NCBI RefSeq assembly: GCF_009914755.1
Contig: NC_060931.1
From: the human T2T-CHM13v2.0 reference genome, Homo sapiens
Direction: 5' to 3' (one strand)
DNA: 64,000 nt
Shown: positions 1 through 15,354 of the stretch, piece by piece
Numbering within the stretch: position 1 is the stretch's first letter
Layout: every line of letters begins with the position of its first letter
Made by a program: the position numbers and the translations under genes
The notes under the pieces: model-generated
What the model was told of the DNA's origin: nothing
The model's database searches: none
What the model saw: the letters and a program-made list of their open reading frames with translations, nothing else

Positions 1-122
1 TCGGCGGACCCGACGCTCTGCGCCCGGCGCGCGCCCGCGGCAGGAGCGGGGACGGGGACGGGGACGGGGACGGACGGGGACGCGGACGGGGGAGGAGGCC
101 GCGGCAGGGGCGGGCGCGGTAC
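1..122 (-). other. PAXIP1: PAXIP1 intron 1 (5' part)
   Basis: Follows the CAG|GTACC splice donor on the minus strand. Confidence 0.9.
48..81 (+). repeat. (GGGGAC)n hexamer repeat, G-quadruplex motif
   Basis: Four perfect GGGGAC units at 48-71 plus degenerate units. Confidence 0.85.
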
Positions 123-203
123 CTGCGGGTCGATGTCGCCCACCGCGTAATACTTGACCTCCCTGAACATCTCCTCAGGAACTTTGGGCGCCTGGTCCGA
201 CAT
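123..203 (-). CDS. PAXIP1: PAXIP1 (PTIP) first coding exon, 27 codons [27 protein letters not shown]; gene continues off the left edge
   Basis: Reverse complement reads GCCGCCGCGATC-ATG TCG GAC CAG...CCG CAG|GTACC. The peptide matches the recalled PTIP N-terminus; phase-0 GT donor at 122-121. Absent from the ORF track because the frame has no stop before the window edge. Confidence 0.96.
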
Positions 204-700
204 GATCGCGGCGGCCCGGGAGGCTCCGCGGCGGCGCCCGGCCCCGCCCACCCCCCGCCCCCGGCCCCCGCGGCGCCCGGCGCCCCCACTCGCCCCGCCA
301 ACGGCCCTGCCCGCGCAGCCCGGGCCCGGTCCTGCGAATCGGGGTCCGCTCCCCCGCCCTCCGCGCCCCCGCCCGCGCCCGCGCCGAGCGCCCGAAGCGC
401 GGGAGCCGCGCGCGCCCTGCGGGACGCACCATCCCGCCCCGGCCACCGAGGGGGAGCGCCGAGGAGCCGCCCGGCCTCCAGTGACGCCCCGCGCCTCTGC
501 CGCCAGCCACGGCTCCGGGGTAGCTGGCGCCGGCAGCCCGCTCTGGCCCTTGCGGTTCCGTGGCCGCCGCTCTGCAACGAGGGGGCCCCGAGGACGAGGG
601 GAAACCAGCTCCCCCCTCGGCGGGGCCGGAGTGAGCCGGTCCCGGGGAGGAGGGGAGCTGGCAGGCCCCTCCCGTCGCCACATGCGGCTGCTCGGGGGCG

Positions 701-710
701 GCGCATGCGC
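701..710. promoter_or_regulatory. NRF1 binding motif
   Basis: Perfect GCGCATGCGC palindrome, typical of bidirectional promoters. Confidence 0.7.
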
Positions 711-1504
711 GCGGCGGAGGGGGGGGGTGGGGCCTTGGGGCCGCGAGTGGGAGCGGGAGCGGTTCTGCGGCCTCCTCGGGCTTCTTGGCCCTGGGCGGAG
801 TGGGATTGGGTGTCCCGGCTGTTCGCAGTGGCCGCGAGTGCGGCCGGACCTGGAGTAGTACCTGAGCCGCTCTGGCCGAGCAAGGCGCGGGGCCCCGGTC
901 TACACCGCGCTGGACCCGGCTATGCCGTGACGGAATTCCCGAGGCCGTAGCGCCACGCGAGACGCGCACTGGTGGCCTCCGCGGCGAGTCCTGGGGTCTC
1001 CGCAAGGCCTCAGTGCCCGAGCTGGGGACGTGCTGGGGGGAGGCCCGGCCCCGTCGCTGCCCGAGGCCCCGCTGTCCCGGCCGGACCGGCCTGGTCCCTG
1101 GCGTCCTGTCGGGTCCGCGCTGGAGGAGAGTCCCAGACAGCAGAGCCCGCGGTGCAGCTCCAGCCCCGGGAAGCCCCGCGCTCAACAGGTTAATACTACA
1201 CAGCGGCGATTCTAATGGTCACGCTTTTATTTACAGCTCGCCTCCCTTCCGCCAAGATTCACAGAACACGGCAGAGTGGCCTCGGGATCACCTGCCCAAG
1301 ACACCTGCACGACCGGAAGTTGGGAGAAGAAATTAAGGCCATGATGATGAACGCAGCCTTTCTCGTTTATTTCCAATCCCACAACAAACCGGAGTCCAGG
1401 AACTCATGGGTGATTATCGGACTATTACCTAGTCGTAAAACTGTGGAGCATTGGTGTCTAAAGGAATCTGAGACAGACCCGCAGTGTCTCCCCCACATGC
1501 CTTA

Positions 1505-1912
<408 letters not shown>

Positions 1913-2231
1913 TTAACAGATTAGATCACTTTCCAGGCTTTAAGTTGGCCTTTGTTCTACCCTTTTTTTAGTGTATGATAAAAGTTGTGTTGGTTCGTTG
2001 ATCAGCATGCAATGAACTCTGGCTCTTGTTAATCAGGTGACTACAGTTTTGTCCTTACATTTGTATGTATGTCATGAGTGGTTTTGTATGGGCAGGAGGT
2101 AAACAACGCACATTTAAATATACTTAATGATTTATCATTCCAATGTTTTCTGGTTGTTTTAGTCTTTCATTTGTCTCTTGAACAATCTGAAACATCCCTA
2201 TTCTAAGGCTAAAAAATTTCCTTTACAAACT

Positions 2232-2755
2232 TAGGTTAAACATTCCTAATCTGAAATCCAAAATGCTCTAAAATTCGAATTTTTTTGAGTACTGACGTGA
2301 CCCCACAAATGGAAAATTCCACACTTGCCCTCATGTGACACTGGGTGACAGTCAAGTCACAATCAAGCCTGGTGTGGTGGGCACCTGTAGTGCCAGCTAC
2401 TCGGGAGGTTGAGCAGGAGGATTGCTTGAGCCCAGGAGTTTGAGTCCAGCCTGGACGATATAGCCAGACCCTGTCTGTAAAAAAACAAAAACCAAAACAA
2501 AAAAAACAATGAAAACATTTTTTTTTAAAACGCCATCAAAACTTTGTTTCATGCACAAAATTATTTAAAATATATAATATAACCTTACCTTCAGGCTATG
2601 TGGGTAAGGTAAGGTGTATGTGAAACAAATGAATTTCCCATTTAGACTTGGGTCCCATCCCCAAGATATCTTATTATGTATATGCAAATATTCCAAATCA
2701 AAAATATCTGAAATACTTTTGTCCCAAGCATTTCAGATAAAGGTTACTCAACCTG
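2232..2755 (-). mobile_element. Tigger4b-like DNA transposon, interrupted by an Alu monomer
   Basis: Terminal inverted repeats ending ...CTCAACCTG; internal match to recalled consensus. Confidence 0.75.
2366..2508 (+). mobile_element. Alu monomer (FLAM-like)
   Basis: Single-arm Alu with A-rich tail. Confidence 0.85.
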
Positions 2756-2908
2756 TAATAAAAACACTCAGTGCTTGCCTGAAGGAAAAACCAAGAATTT
2801 GTCATCCATCCTTAAATTTTTATGACACCCTTTGTAATCAGGAAACCTTTTAATACCTAAGAATATATTTGATATATTCTGGTATATGTTTATCATTCTG
2901 ATGTTTAA

Positions 2909-3308
<400 letters not shown>

Positions 3309-3495
3309 CTCCCTTTGATTTTCTTGGTTAAACACAAACTAAGCATGTGATTTTATGTTAAAAGACCTGAAGTGGACCTCAACCAGGTATTTTATTTTGT
3401 GAATTAAGAAAGCAATTTGTAACGTTCAAGAGAACAAGCTTACCCTACTTCAGGTTCTGATGGTAAGGCAAATTGCGGGATTAAGAAACCTGCTA

Positions 3496-3790
<295 letters not shown>

Positions 3791-5300
3791 CTGCTATTTA
3801 AAACCCCATCACCTAGTCAGTATTTGTAAAATATCACACGTGAACTGTGCAAGGCGGTCCACACAAGTGGATCTTACGGCAACAGCATCAGGAAGGCCTG
3901 GAGGCAGTGTCACACTCACTCACTGAGTCTCCAATACTACTGCTTGGCCAGTAATGAAAAATAAAAATGTTTACATTAGGTTAATTTCATGTGGATAAAG
4001 GATGCTCTGAGGCAGTCTAAAAAACTAGCATCCTGACATCATGAAGAGTAACCCATCTAGCAGAGGACGTAAAGATGGCAAGTCAATATTTAAAGGCAAG
4101 CGGTAAACTCAGAAATTATCTTCCCCAAAATGGCCATATGCAAAGTTATAGGAACAAAATATCATGTTGACAGTGCTGTATCTTATTCACAGTTAAATAA
4201 AATTCTTATCACTGGTTTTGTGACACTTTAAGGATGACCCATTTTAGGGTGATAGCTATCAGTTTATTAAACAGAAGCTATGCATTTGTTTAATTTGAAG
4301 CATATACCACTTCCAAATATGACACTGAGCATTAATATTTTTAGACTTCCCCCAGGTAAATTAAAAGCATGATCATTTTGTTGATAATCAGCCTTTGGAG
4401 AATTAAACAGCCTGCTTACTGCCAGTGCTAGTTCAGTAAATATGTTTCTCATTTTCTATTTGGCAAAATTAGATAACCTAAGCCTAGGAAAAATAAAAAA
4501 TTAGAAAAAAAAAAGTAGATTTGGGGATATTTAACTCAAATTGCCCTTACTGGTGGAAACTCGAGGCAGTTACTTAGATTATTTCCAAATGGCTTTTTTT
4601 AAATGTATTTCTATATTGTATACAACAGTCTCAGTCTTCATCTCTCCTGTTCAGCTATCCATACATCCCTTAAAATTAGATATTTTTAATGTTTAGTAAA
4701 CCTTCAGTTTGGGTTTATAGACAACATTTAACCTTCTCATGAAAGGGTCAGAATACTCCAGTTGCAGGCACAAACAGGCCATAGTTTAGTTGAAGGAGAA
4801 ACTGCGAACTCAAAGGAGCACTGCTTCTCTGCAGGAAAGATCCCGTCAGTGGACCTGCGGGGCACAGCTGCCACCAGTGTCATGTAGCTATTCAGTGTCG
4901 GAAAACTAGAAATCACAAGTGAAGAGAAATTGTAAATTACCTCAAATTCTATGCCCAGAAGCAACCACTATGGAAATCCTTCTAGACATTGTCCCGTATA
5001 AATATATTTCCCTAAAAAAAATTATACCCCATACTCTGCCACTTCAAAAAAATCAAGACTGTTTTTCCATGTCAATAAATATCTATATCATTTAATGAAT
5101 ACATAATACTCCCTTGTTTGAATGTACAATATTCTGTATTGTTGCACATTTGTTGTTTCCAATTTAACAATTACAGTACTCCAATGAAGCAATCATCTTA
5201 AAATACATGTATAACATATTATGATGTTCCATCCTTTAAGGTTAGAAACGACGTCCCATACCTGTCTCCCGTCACTCTGAGAACAGTGCGGTAACAGGAT

Positions 5301-5514
5301 CAGCGATTCTCAACCATGGGCAATTTAGCCCCCTATGGCACATTTGACAACGTCTGGAGACATTTTTGGTTGTCACAACTAGGGGGTAGGGGATGCTACT
5401 GGCATCTAGTGGTGGAGGATAGGAAGCTGCTAAACATCACGCAACGCATGGGACCGTCCTCCATGACAAAGGACCCGTGCAAAATGTCAATAGTGCCACT
5501 GTTGAGAAACCCGG
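5301..5514 (+). mobile_element. MER20 (hAT-Charlie)
   Basis: CAGCGATTCTCAACC...TCTGGAGACATTTTTGGTTGTCACAAC...TTGAGAAACCC. Confidence 0.85.
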
Positions 5515-5566
5515 ATTAAGATCATGTTGTAACTACATTTCAGTGGGATAAGACTTTGAAAGTTTC

Positions 5567-5998
<432 letters not shown>

Positions 5999-6334
5999 CT
6001 ATGGCTGAGCTAGCAAGAGTGGCACACATACCTCCAGCCATTTCCACTGGCCAGAACCTGGTCTCCTGACACCTCCGTAAGCTGTAAAGGAGACTGCTGG
6101 GTGATGTGGTCTTCTTACACGTCCAAGAAAAGAAAATGGCATTGATGGTATCTTGCCAATTTTTGCCATTTTTGGTTTTCAAAAAAATTCTTATATGAAT
6201 TAAGATTAGTGTAATATAAAACAAAATTCTCAAAGATAATTTCAAAAAAAATACCCGTTAGCTACTCAATAGATATTTGTTGAATTTGAGGTTACTGGCT
6301 TTATACATAGAGGATTAAGCGTATTCTTTTTCCC

Positions 6335-6538
6335 GCCTGGCCAAATGGTAAAACCCCATCTCTACTGAAAATACAAAAAAATTAGCCAGGCATGGTGGTG
6401 CACGCCTGGAATCCCAGCTACCCAGGAGACTGAGCCACAAGGATCGCTTGAACCTGGGAGGCAGAGGTTGCAGTGAGCTGAGATCATGCCAGTCTGGGCC
6501 ACAAAGTGAGAGTCTATCTCAAAAACAAACAACAAAGA
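6335..6538 (+). mobile_element. 5'-truncated Alu
   Basis: End of left arm plus right arm. Confidence 0.9.
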
Positions 6539-6596
6539 AACAGCATTATTTTTAAAAAGCAAACACAAGGTAGTTCTCTGAGGCATGTGAGGGATG

Positions 6597-7055
6597 TGTT
6601 AGATGCCTTCCATTTGTCCCACTCCCCATGTCAGATCTGTACTCCATCCTGCTCCACCTTTTTCTCCGCCCCTGGGTGCTGACCTGAGCAGATTATATAA
6701 GTAGAATCCCTTGCACATTGGCTTCTAGTTGAATTTGGTCAATGGGGAGTCCCAGCAGAAAGCTGGGCAGTGAGGGGAGGGAGGAGAGAGGTATGACGGT
6801 GTTTATTTCCCAGGTTCCTCATCAGGTTGCCTTGAGCTGGCAGAGGAGCCCATTCTATACAACTCTCTCCTTCCAGGTCCTGGGAATCTTTCCTTCCTCT
6901 CATCCCTTGGACCTAGGGTGGTGAGGGCTCACCTGCTTCTCCCCACAGGTCCCTTCACTCTCCATGCATCCTGCCTACACCTTTGTAAGTAGTTCCTTGA
7001 TAAACCTTCTTAGATGATTGTAATTTGAGTGTGCTGCCCCCAGTGGTGACCCTGT
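6597..7055 (+). mobile_element. LTR33-like ERVL solo LTR
   Basis: Similar to recalled consensus (TTTGGTCAATGGGGAG...AATTTGAGTGTGC). Confidence 0.55.
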
Positions 7056-7599
7056 TGTGATGGACAGGAAACTCTTACAGGGACAATGAGAAATTCTTAA
7101 AATATTGTGTCTGCTCTCAAAAAACTAACAAATACTTGGATGCACGAGCCTAACACTAGTGGGATTCTGTAGAAATGCAGCAGAGATTTAGAAAAGAGGT
7201 TCCCATGTGCCAGAATAGCTGGGGGAAACCTCTTGGATGGAGCGGGCTGAGGGGAATAGTTCTTGAAGGGAGAGGAGAAACCACTGAAAAGAGGCCAGAA
7301 TACTGATATTGCCAAATAAAAGGGTGCACATTTTGGATATTAAATAACTGATGATTTAAGATAGAAATGGGGAGTAATAAGAAATAATAGACTGTGTCTA
7401 GCGTATGAAGATCTTGAGACCTCATCAGAGGAAGTTGTTGCATTTGAGACTTAGCATAATTCTGTGGCTGTGAAAACAGAAAAGAAAATTGCTTACCAGC
7501 TATTTAAAGTTAAGTACTTTGTGACAAGCTGGCTGTGGGATTGACTGTTTACTCATGTTGTGGGTAAACAAGAAGACATATTGAATCTTAACTCAGATT

Positions 7600-8001
7600 T
7601 TAACCGCTGGTACCTGTGAGTGTGACCTTATTTGGAAGTAGGGTCTTTGCCCCCATCATTAAGATGAGGTCCTACTGGATGAGGATGGGACCTAAATCCT
7701 GTCACTGGTGTTCATATAAGAAGAAGAAAATTTGAACACAGACACCCAGGAGAGTGCCAAGTGATGACCGCGACAAGGGTTGGGGTGACGTGTCTAGAAG
7801 CTGAGGAACACCAAGGTTGCGGCAGACACCAGAAGCTGGAAGAGGCCAGGACCGCCTCTCCCCTAACGCCTTCAGAGAAAGCACAGCCTGGCCACCACCT
7901 TCATCTTCGATTTCTGGCCTCCAGAACTGAGAGAATGAATGTCTATTGTTTAAGCTGCCAGTATGTGGCACTTTGTTACAGTAGCCCTAGCAAGCTAACA
8001 T
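7600..8001 (+). mobile_element. MLT1C-like MaLR LTR
   Basis: GTGACCTTATTTGGAA...CCTCCAGAACTGAGAGAAT...TTTGTTACAGTAGCC. Confidence 0.75.
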
Positions 8002-10649
8002 TCAGTATGTCTGAAGGGTAGTCAAGAGGAAGCTAGAAATTAAGATGTCGGCCCATGTTTGGAGTGGATTTAAGCCAAACAGCGTACTATGTGTGCCCTG
8101 CTAAAAATTATAATAACGAGAAATTGTTACAGCCTAAGAGTGACCCCAGGATTTGTAACTGACGTTGAGTGCCCAAGAACTGCGTGATAAGTCTATTAAG
8201 ATAAAATTATTTCAAGTCCTCACTTTCGTTTCTTTACGTTTTCTCTCTTTTCCTATTAGCATATACACATCCAGTGGTCATTTGAAGCCCGGGTGCGTCA
8301 AGTGGTAAAAGCTTTCCCTGCTAGCTTATGCTGTGGGAACTAACTCCCAAAGTTCAGTGGCTTCAACAAAGCTCGCTTCTCACTCATGTGTTGGGCAGGC
8401 GTGGCTCTGCTGCTCTTTTTTCTGGAAACTCTGCAGAAGGCATAGGCAGTTCTAGTGACCAAGGGGAAAGAAGAATGGCAGAACCGCGTAATAGCTATAA
8501 AAATTCTCTCTGGAATTCACACACATTCCATTTGAAAGTCAGTCTCATTGCCAAACCTGATGTCAATGTGGAAGTGAATCTGTTCCTGCCACAGGAAGTT
8601 ACTCCAGGTCATGGCAGAGTGGGCAGGGGTATGTCATCCTCTTCCTGGGAATACAGCAGGTAACTGAGGACAGCAGTATGTTCTACCCATGTTCCCTCTC
8701 AGTCACAAATGTGAATGTGTGTCCCTTCTGCACTCCACATCTGTGTCTTTTGAGAAGAAATTGCAAAAATTCCACTCAATTATAGCATCAGGCCCAAAGT
8801 GCAGGCACTCATGGGGGCCTCTACAGCAACTCTAGATGTGTCTTCTCTCAGTCTAGTCACAGATGGATGCCCGTCTTCCCCGACGTGCGGTGGAGCTGGG
8901 AAAGATCACTCCATTGAGAACAGGGAGAATGAATGCAGCCTGACCCAGTCACTGGTCCAGAGCGCTACGGACATCCCCGTGGGTGGATGTGGGAAGGGTT
9001 CCCCACCTCAACTGCCACTACCAGTTAAACTTCAATAAATTACGTTGCAGCTACACAAAACTTCTGAATCTCATGAGTCTGTGCTCACAGGCACAAGGGT
9101 GAGGTTCGAGGAGTTAGCTTGTGAAGCTACTTGATCACTGCGGGGTGAGAACCCATGGGTAAAAGCTTTCCTTTCTTTGCCCCATTTTTTGAGACATTTC
9201 ACCAGGCTCCTCAGAAAAGGCCCCATTGATCTTGCACTGAGTCCCATTGGGTGGCCAGTTTGGTCACACATCCCACCCTCCCTGTTTCACCCCCTGCACC
9301 TGCACCCCTGCTCCCTGGGGTCACTTTCCCAGTTAAACAATTTGCACACAAGCCCTTGCTCAGGCCCTGCTCTGAGAGGGGCAATTCAGAGAACCCAAGC
9401 CAGAGCCAAAGCAAGTCACAAGGTGAAGCCCGCAGTGAACAGGGCAGGAACTGTAATCCTACAGGAAAGCAACCCATGGTGGGGAACAACACGCAACAAG
9501 CGACTGCAGTGGAAAAGTGGTGTTGTGGCTCTTGTTTCTTTGGTTGGGTTTTGGTTGTGGCTAAAGGCACAGTTCACAGTCCTCCGAGAGCATCTTAAGA
9601 GTTAGGATAATGCCATGGTTTCTAGTACATCACAGTGGACTTTCATTATTCAGAACTGTGTCATCTGCCCAGCAAGTAATTCCCTATAGTTTTCCAGAAA
9701 GCATTAATATGTTTACCAATTGCTGGTTCTTTAAAGTTAATGATTCTTCACACTGTGTTATCTACATTTGTCTGGGGCAGCTAAATTACTCCCAGTAACT
9801 TTGCACACACAACTGAGCACTAGCTTAACTGACATCATTAGGTGGCATCTAGAAGCTGTACTTGTTCAGATTCTGTGAACCAGCAGGGAGACAGCCCAGC
9901 ATGGGACTCGTACCTGCATCTTCTCAGAAAGAGGCGTGTATACACAGAGGAACGGCTTCTTTTACAAAACAGTTGATTTAGACCTAACCTTTGTAGGTCT
10001 AGCATAGAGATGGACAAGTCCTAGGACTAAAACGAAAATACTAATCTAGGAAATAACAAAATTTTCTAAGTCAGGAGTGGCCAGCCTGTAGGGTGATTGA
10101 AGACTTCTATTGTTTCATTTATCGCCTTTGAAGCATGTGAAAATAAAACTGTTGTCACAAATTGTATTGGTCATTTGATTAAAAACACCCAGCAGCATTA
10201 ACATGCCAATTGAACACACTTGTTTACACTAATTAAAAAATGAATGAATTAAGGATTCAAGTTTTGGAGAAGAAATTGTGCCCCATCTGCTTCTACTGGT
10301 GCTTTCCAACACCTTAATTAGATGGGCTACACTTAATTCCTGTGGGAGTTCCTAGGTCCCAGGTGTAGGAAATACACACTGAAGTAAGAGAGTCCTGAAA
10401 TTTGGGAGATTCCCTGCAAATTGGGGCTACTCACCTTCCTGTAAGCAAGACCAAGTGTCTATCGAAGGTATTCTCTGCTGGCAAATGATTTATGGCGCTG
10501 GCTTTTGGGAATCCGTATTCGCTCACCGACTCCCACCCCGCAGAGTGCACCACGTGCTTGTCAGTTGCATGGAGCCTGAGAACAATGTAAAAAAATACTC
10601 CTGGCAGGATACCTGCTTAGATATTTTCAAGCTTAGAAAAATCATTTTT

Positions 10650-10942
10650 TCACACCTGTAATCCTAGCACTTTGGGAGGCCAAGGCAGGTGGATAGTTTG
10701 AGGTCAGGAGTTCGAGACCAGCCTGGCCAACGTGGTGAAAACCTGTCTCTACTAAAAATACAAAAATTAGCCAGTTGTGGTGGTGAGTGCCTGTAATCCC
10801 AGCTACTTGGGAGGCTGAGGCACGATAATCACTTAAACCCAAGAGGTGGAGGTTGCAGTGAACCGAGAGCATACTACTGCACTTCTAGCCTAGGCAACAG
10901 AGTGACTCTGTCTTAATAAGAAAAAAAAAGAAAGAAAGAAAA
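10650..10942 (+). mobile_element. AluS, slightly 5'-truncated
   Basis: TSD AGAAAAAT(C/T)ATTTTT. Confidence 0.93.
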
Positions 10943-13107
10943 GAAAAATTATTTTTAATGGCACCAAGCAACCCAACCTTTTTCTTTATTTGGTTGTTGT
11001 TCTGAGACATTTCCCAGAGGTTAGGAATTTATATCCAAAAATAATGTTGACAGGCATGACAGTTTGGGGTTGAAGAGAGAATTGGGCTTGTTTGCAAAAT
11101 CTCTTTAATTTATCTCAGACATTTCACCAGCTAATTAATGAAGATCCCAAGCCAAGATCTAGTTCTGTATCATAACACCCTGAAAAGATTTTAACAGCTT
11201 CTCTAACTCTAACTGCCTCGTCTGTTGCTCCTGTTTAACACTGTGTCCGTCTCCAAGATGACGGGAGTCAATCTCACTTCTTTCAGAGACTACACTAAGG
11301 TTGAGAAAGGTGAGGCCCAAGGAATTCAAGTGAGTTTCTCATTGTCACAGTTACTGGCAGAGTCTGGGTTACGCTCTCCTTTTTAGACTTATTCTAATTC
11401 ATTCTTTAAAAACATTGAAAGGAAAGAGTTTTAATTTCATATACAATAGAAATAGAAAAGAGGAAAACTCTCTAAAAGTAATATTTATACTACGGAAAAA
11501 TCTAACTTTATTTTGGTTGAAAAGAGTATACAGATTTATATTTTTTGTAGCTAATACATATTTCTCTTTTGGAAGTGGTTGAAGTGGAAGAGACAATTTT
11601 ATGTTTAATGTCTCGCGTCAGTTTTAATTTTCTGATTTAATTAGTTTCCTAATTAGAAGGGGTTAAATTAATTAACCTCATTATTTACTATATATTTAAT
11701 GATTTCTCATCTATGGGGAGTTACTTAATTTTCAATAATTGGAAAGCTTATGACAAGAGGGGATATTGCCAAGTCTTACACTTATTGTTTTATGATCAGT
11801 GGCAGGAATAAGACAGATTAAGGGGAATTTTAGGTGAGATATCAGATACTTGCAAAGGTATTTCTTACTTGTTTTGAACCATGATGCATGTAAAAACTTG
11901 AGTTGAGACTCCATAATTTCTGTCCAATTTGAACTCAATGGATATGTCCTTTGTTTAAGGATAAAATACATCCTAGAACATAGACTTCTATAAGAAATAG
12001 CCCTGTCACATGATCTCAGTTATAGACAATAAAATAATCATGATGCATCAAATAATACTAAATAATTATAATGAAAAGGAGAGCTTCTGAAACTATCATC
12101 TGGTATAAATGGCATAATAAAATATTTAGTTTTTCCTCAGACTTGCCGGTGGACTAAATGGATGACATTTTGGGAAGAAATAACAGATTGATAAGCCTAG
12201 CAGCTATATGGCTTGAGGAAATCAATAAGCCATGTTATTTCATGTTTATAAATACAAACAATTTGTGGATAACTATGTTTTCATGTAGTGATGTGTTTTC
12301 CGAGAGCAAAAATGAGGCTGCATCTACAAAATGGCTGAATTTGCCTTCTCTTCCCACTTTAGAAGGGCCTCTGCACGGAGATTTGAGCAGCCAGAACTCT
12401 GCAGGCAGACACGGACAGAGAGAGGACACTGTTGCCCATTTCTCCCTGTCTCTGCATTGCTCCTTATCCACAGCACCACTACCTGGGAGAGACCCTGATC
12501 CATCAAGAGGTTATGTGAGTAAAGCTTGGGTACTGGTATGGTTTAAAACACAAGCCCAACGCATGTAGTCCAGTGAAGTGGTCTGATGATAGGAAATCCA
12601 CTGTAGTTGAACAAACCTGTACTGAGCACGTAGGTGCATTGCATATAGGCTTTGTGTTGCAGTCAAGGCCCGTCCATGGAGTGACTGAGTTCCAGCCTGT
12701 AAGCAGCATATCAAATGCCAACGTGAGTTGCATAGAGTAATGGAATACAAAGTGTGAGATGCGACGGAGACAGGGATGTTTTGGGAGGTTGTCTTAGAGG
12801 AGGGGTCTTGAGAGACCTTCGAAGATCAACAGGAAGAGAAGGATGCCTGTTCCCTGTGGAAGAGAAGCCTGAGCAGAGGCCTGGGCTTGGGAATGAGCAT
12901 GGTGGGCTGGCAGGACTAGCAGTCAGCTCCTGCCTGGAGGAAGATGTTGCGGGATGGAGCGCGGGAGACATGTACAAAGAAGCAGATTGGAGACCTTCGG
13001 GGAAAAGCTTTATATGAAGAAATGACTGTCCATATTTCTCATAAATTAGAATCCTACTATTTTCAATTCCTATCAAAAAAATTTACAGGCTGAAGTTGAG
13101 ACAGTAA

Positions 13108-13545
<438 letters not shown>

Positions 13546-14235
13546 TAGCTAGACAATGCTGACTCAATGCTCTGGTTCCAAAATGTCCCATAGTTTCCCA
13601 CCACTTGTAGACTGAAGTTCAGTCACCTTAGCCTGCCTTTCAGAGAACTCTCTAAGCTGTTGCTTTCCACCATACACCCCACCTTTGTACACCGTAGCCC
13701 GAGCACACTAGGCCCATGTCCTCCCACTCTTAGCAGACTAGACTACAGCACTTGACTCTCCAAACACATCCAGAACTTTCCCACTGCAGCCATGGCTGTG
13801 TTCCATCACCAGCAACCCTCTGCACTCATGCACCTGCACAAATCGCACCTGCTCTTCCTATGGCCAACCTTAGATGTCCCATTTTATGAAACATCTCTGA
13901 TGCCTTGAGAAAGAATTTCTTTGGTCTCTTCTACTGTGATTTACATAAATATAAATGAATTATATAACTGGCGGCTCTTTGGCTTGGATCAAGGATGACT
14001 AACTCAACCACATGTGAGAGAGTTCATCTCACCCAACATAATGTCTGGTGTGGTGCTGCTGTGAACCATTTTCAGGGTAAGGAGTACAAACAAGGCTGGA
14101 GGGAGCCTCAAATGTGAGAGCTTGCCTTCATCCCAATACTTATATTTAAAGTATCAAAAAGACTGTATTCTAAAATACTTTGCCATTGCATCACCACCAC
14201 CACCCCACTCCCAACCCCTCCAAGACTAAAACAAG

Positions 14236-14887
<652 letters not shown>

Positions 14888-15130
14888 TTAACACATATTC
14901 TCTTCCATATTTAGTATGAGGCCTGATGTCAAATGGATGATGAGTAAATATTTAAGGAGTGGATGGATGCATTTTGAATGAATTAACATCACTGCCAGGG
15001 ATTTTTCACCTTTTAGGGCCTCTTTAAAGATAATCATCAGAATACAAATTTAAAACTTATTCTAATAAGGTTTCCTTGTTCTATTTCATTATACTTTACA
15101 GCTGGGGAAACACGTTTGGGAAGGTTAGAT

Positions 15131-15354
15131 CAGGGGTCAGCAAACATTTTTCTGTAAAGGCCCAGATAGAAAATATTTTAGGCATTGTGGTTTATACAAT
15201 CTCTCTTGTGACTTCTCAACTCTGCTATTGCAGTGTGAAAGCAGCCACAGACACTCTGTGTAAAAATGAGCAAGACTGCGTTCCAATAAAACTTTATGTA
15301 CAAAACCAGGTAGCAGGCCAGAGTTAGCCTTTGGGCCTTGGTTTGCTGACCCTG
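15131..15354 (+). mobile_element. MER58A (hAT-Charlie)
   Basis: Terminal inverted repeats CAGGGGTCAGCAAAC / GTTTGCTGACCCTG. Confidence 0.85.

Larger units (their letters stand above)
1..1330. promoter_or_regulatory. CpG island / bidirectional promoter of PAXIP1 and PAXIP1-DT
   Basis: Very GC- and CpG-rich, TATA-less. Many GC boxes (GCCCCGCCC at 241-249 etc.), NRF1 palindrome GCGCATGCGC at 701-710, ETS/GABP CCGGAAGT at 1313-1320, half-CRE TGACG at 482-486. Confidence 0.92.

Noticed and set aside
154-1185. Long ORFs 154-858 (+, 234 aa) and 175-1185 (-, 336 aa)
   Set aside because: Non-ATG starts and low-complexity Pro/Arg/Gly/Ala translations caused by stop-codon scarcity in the CpG island; only the ATG-initiated tail of the minus ORF is kept as a uORF candidate
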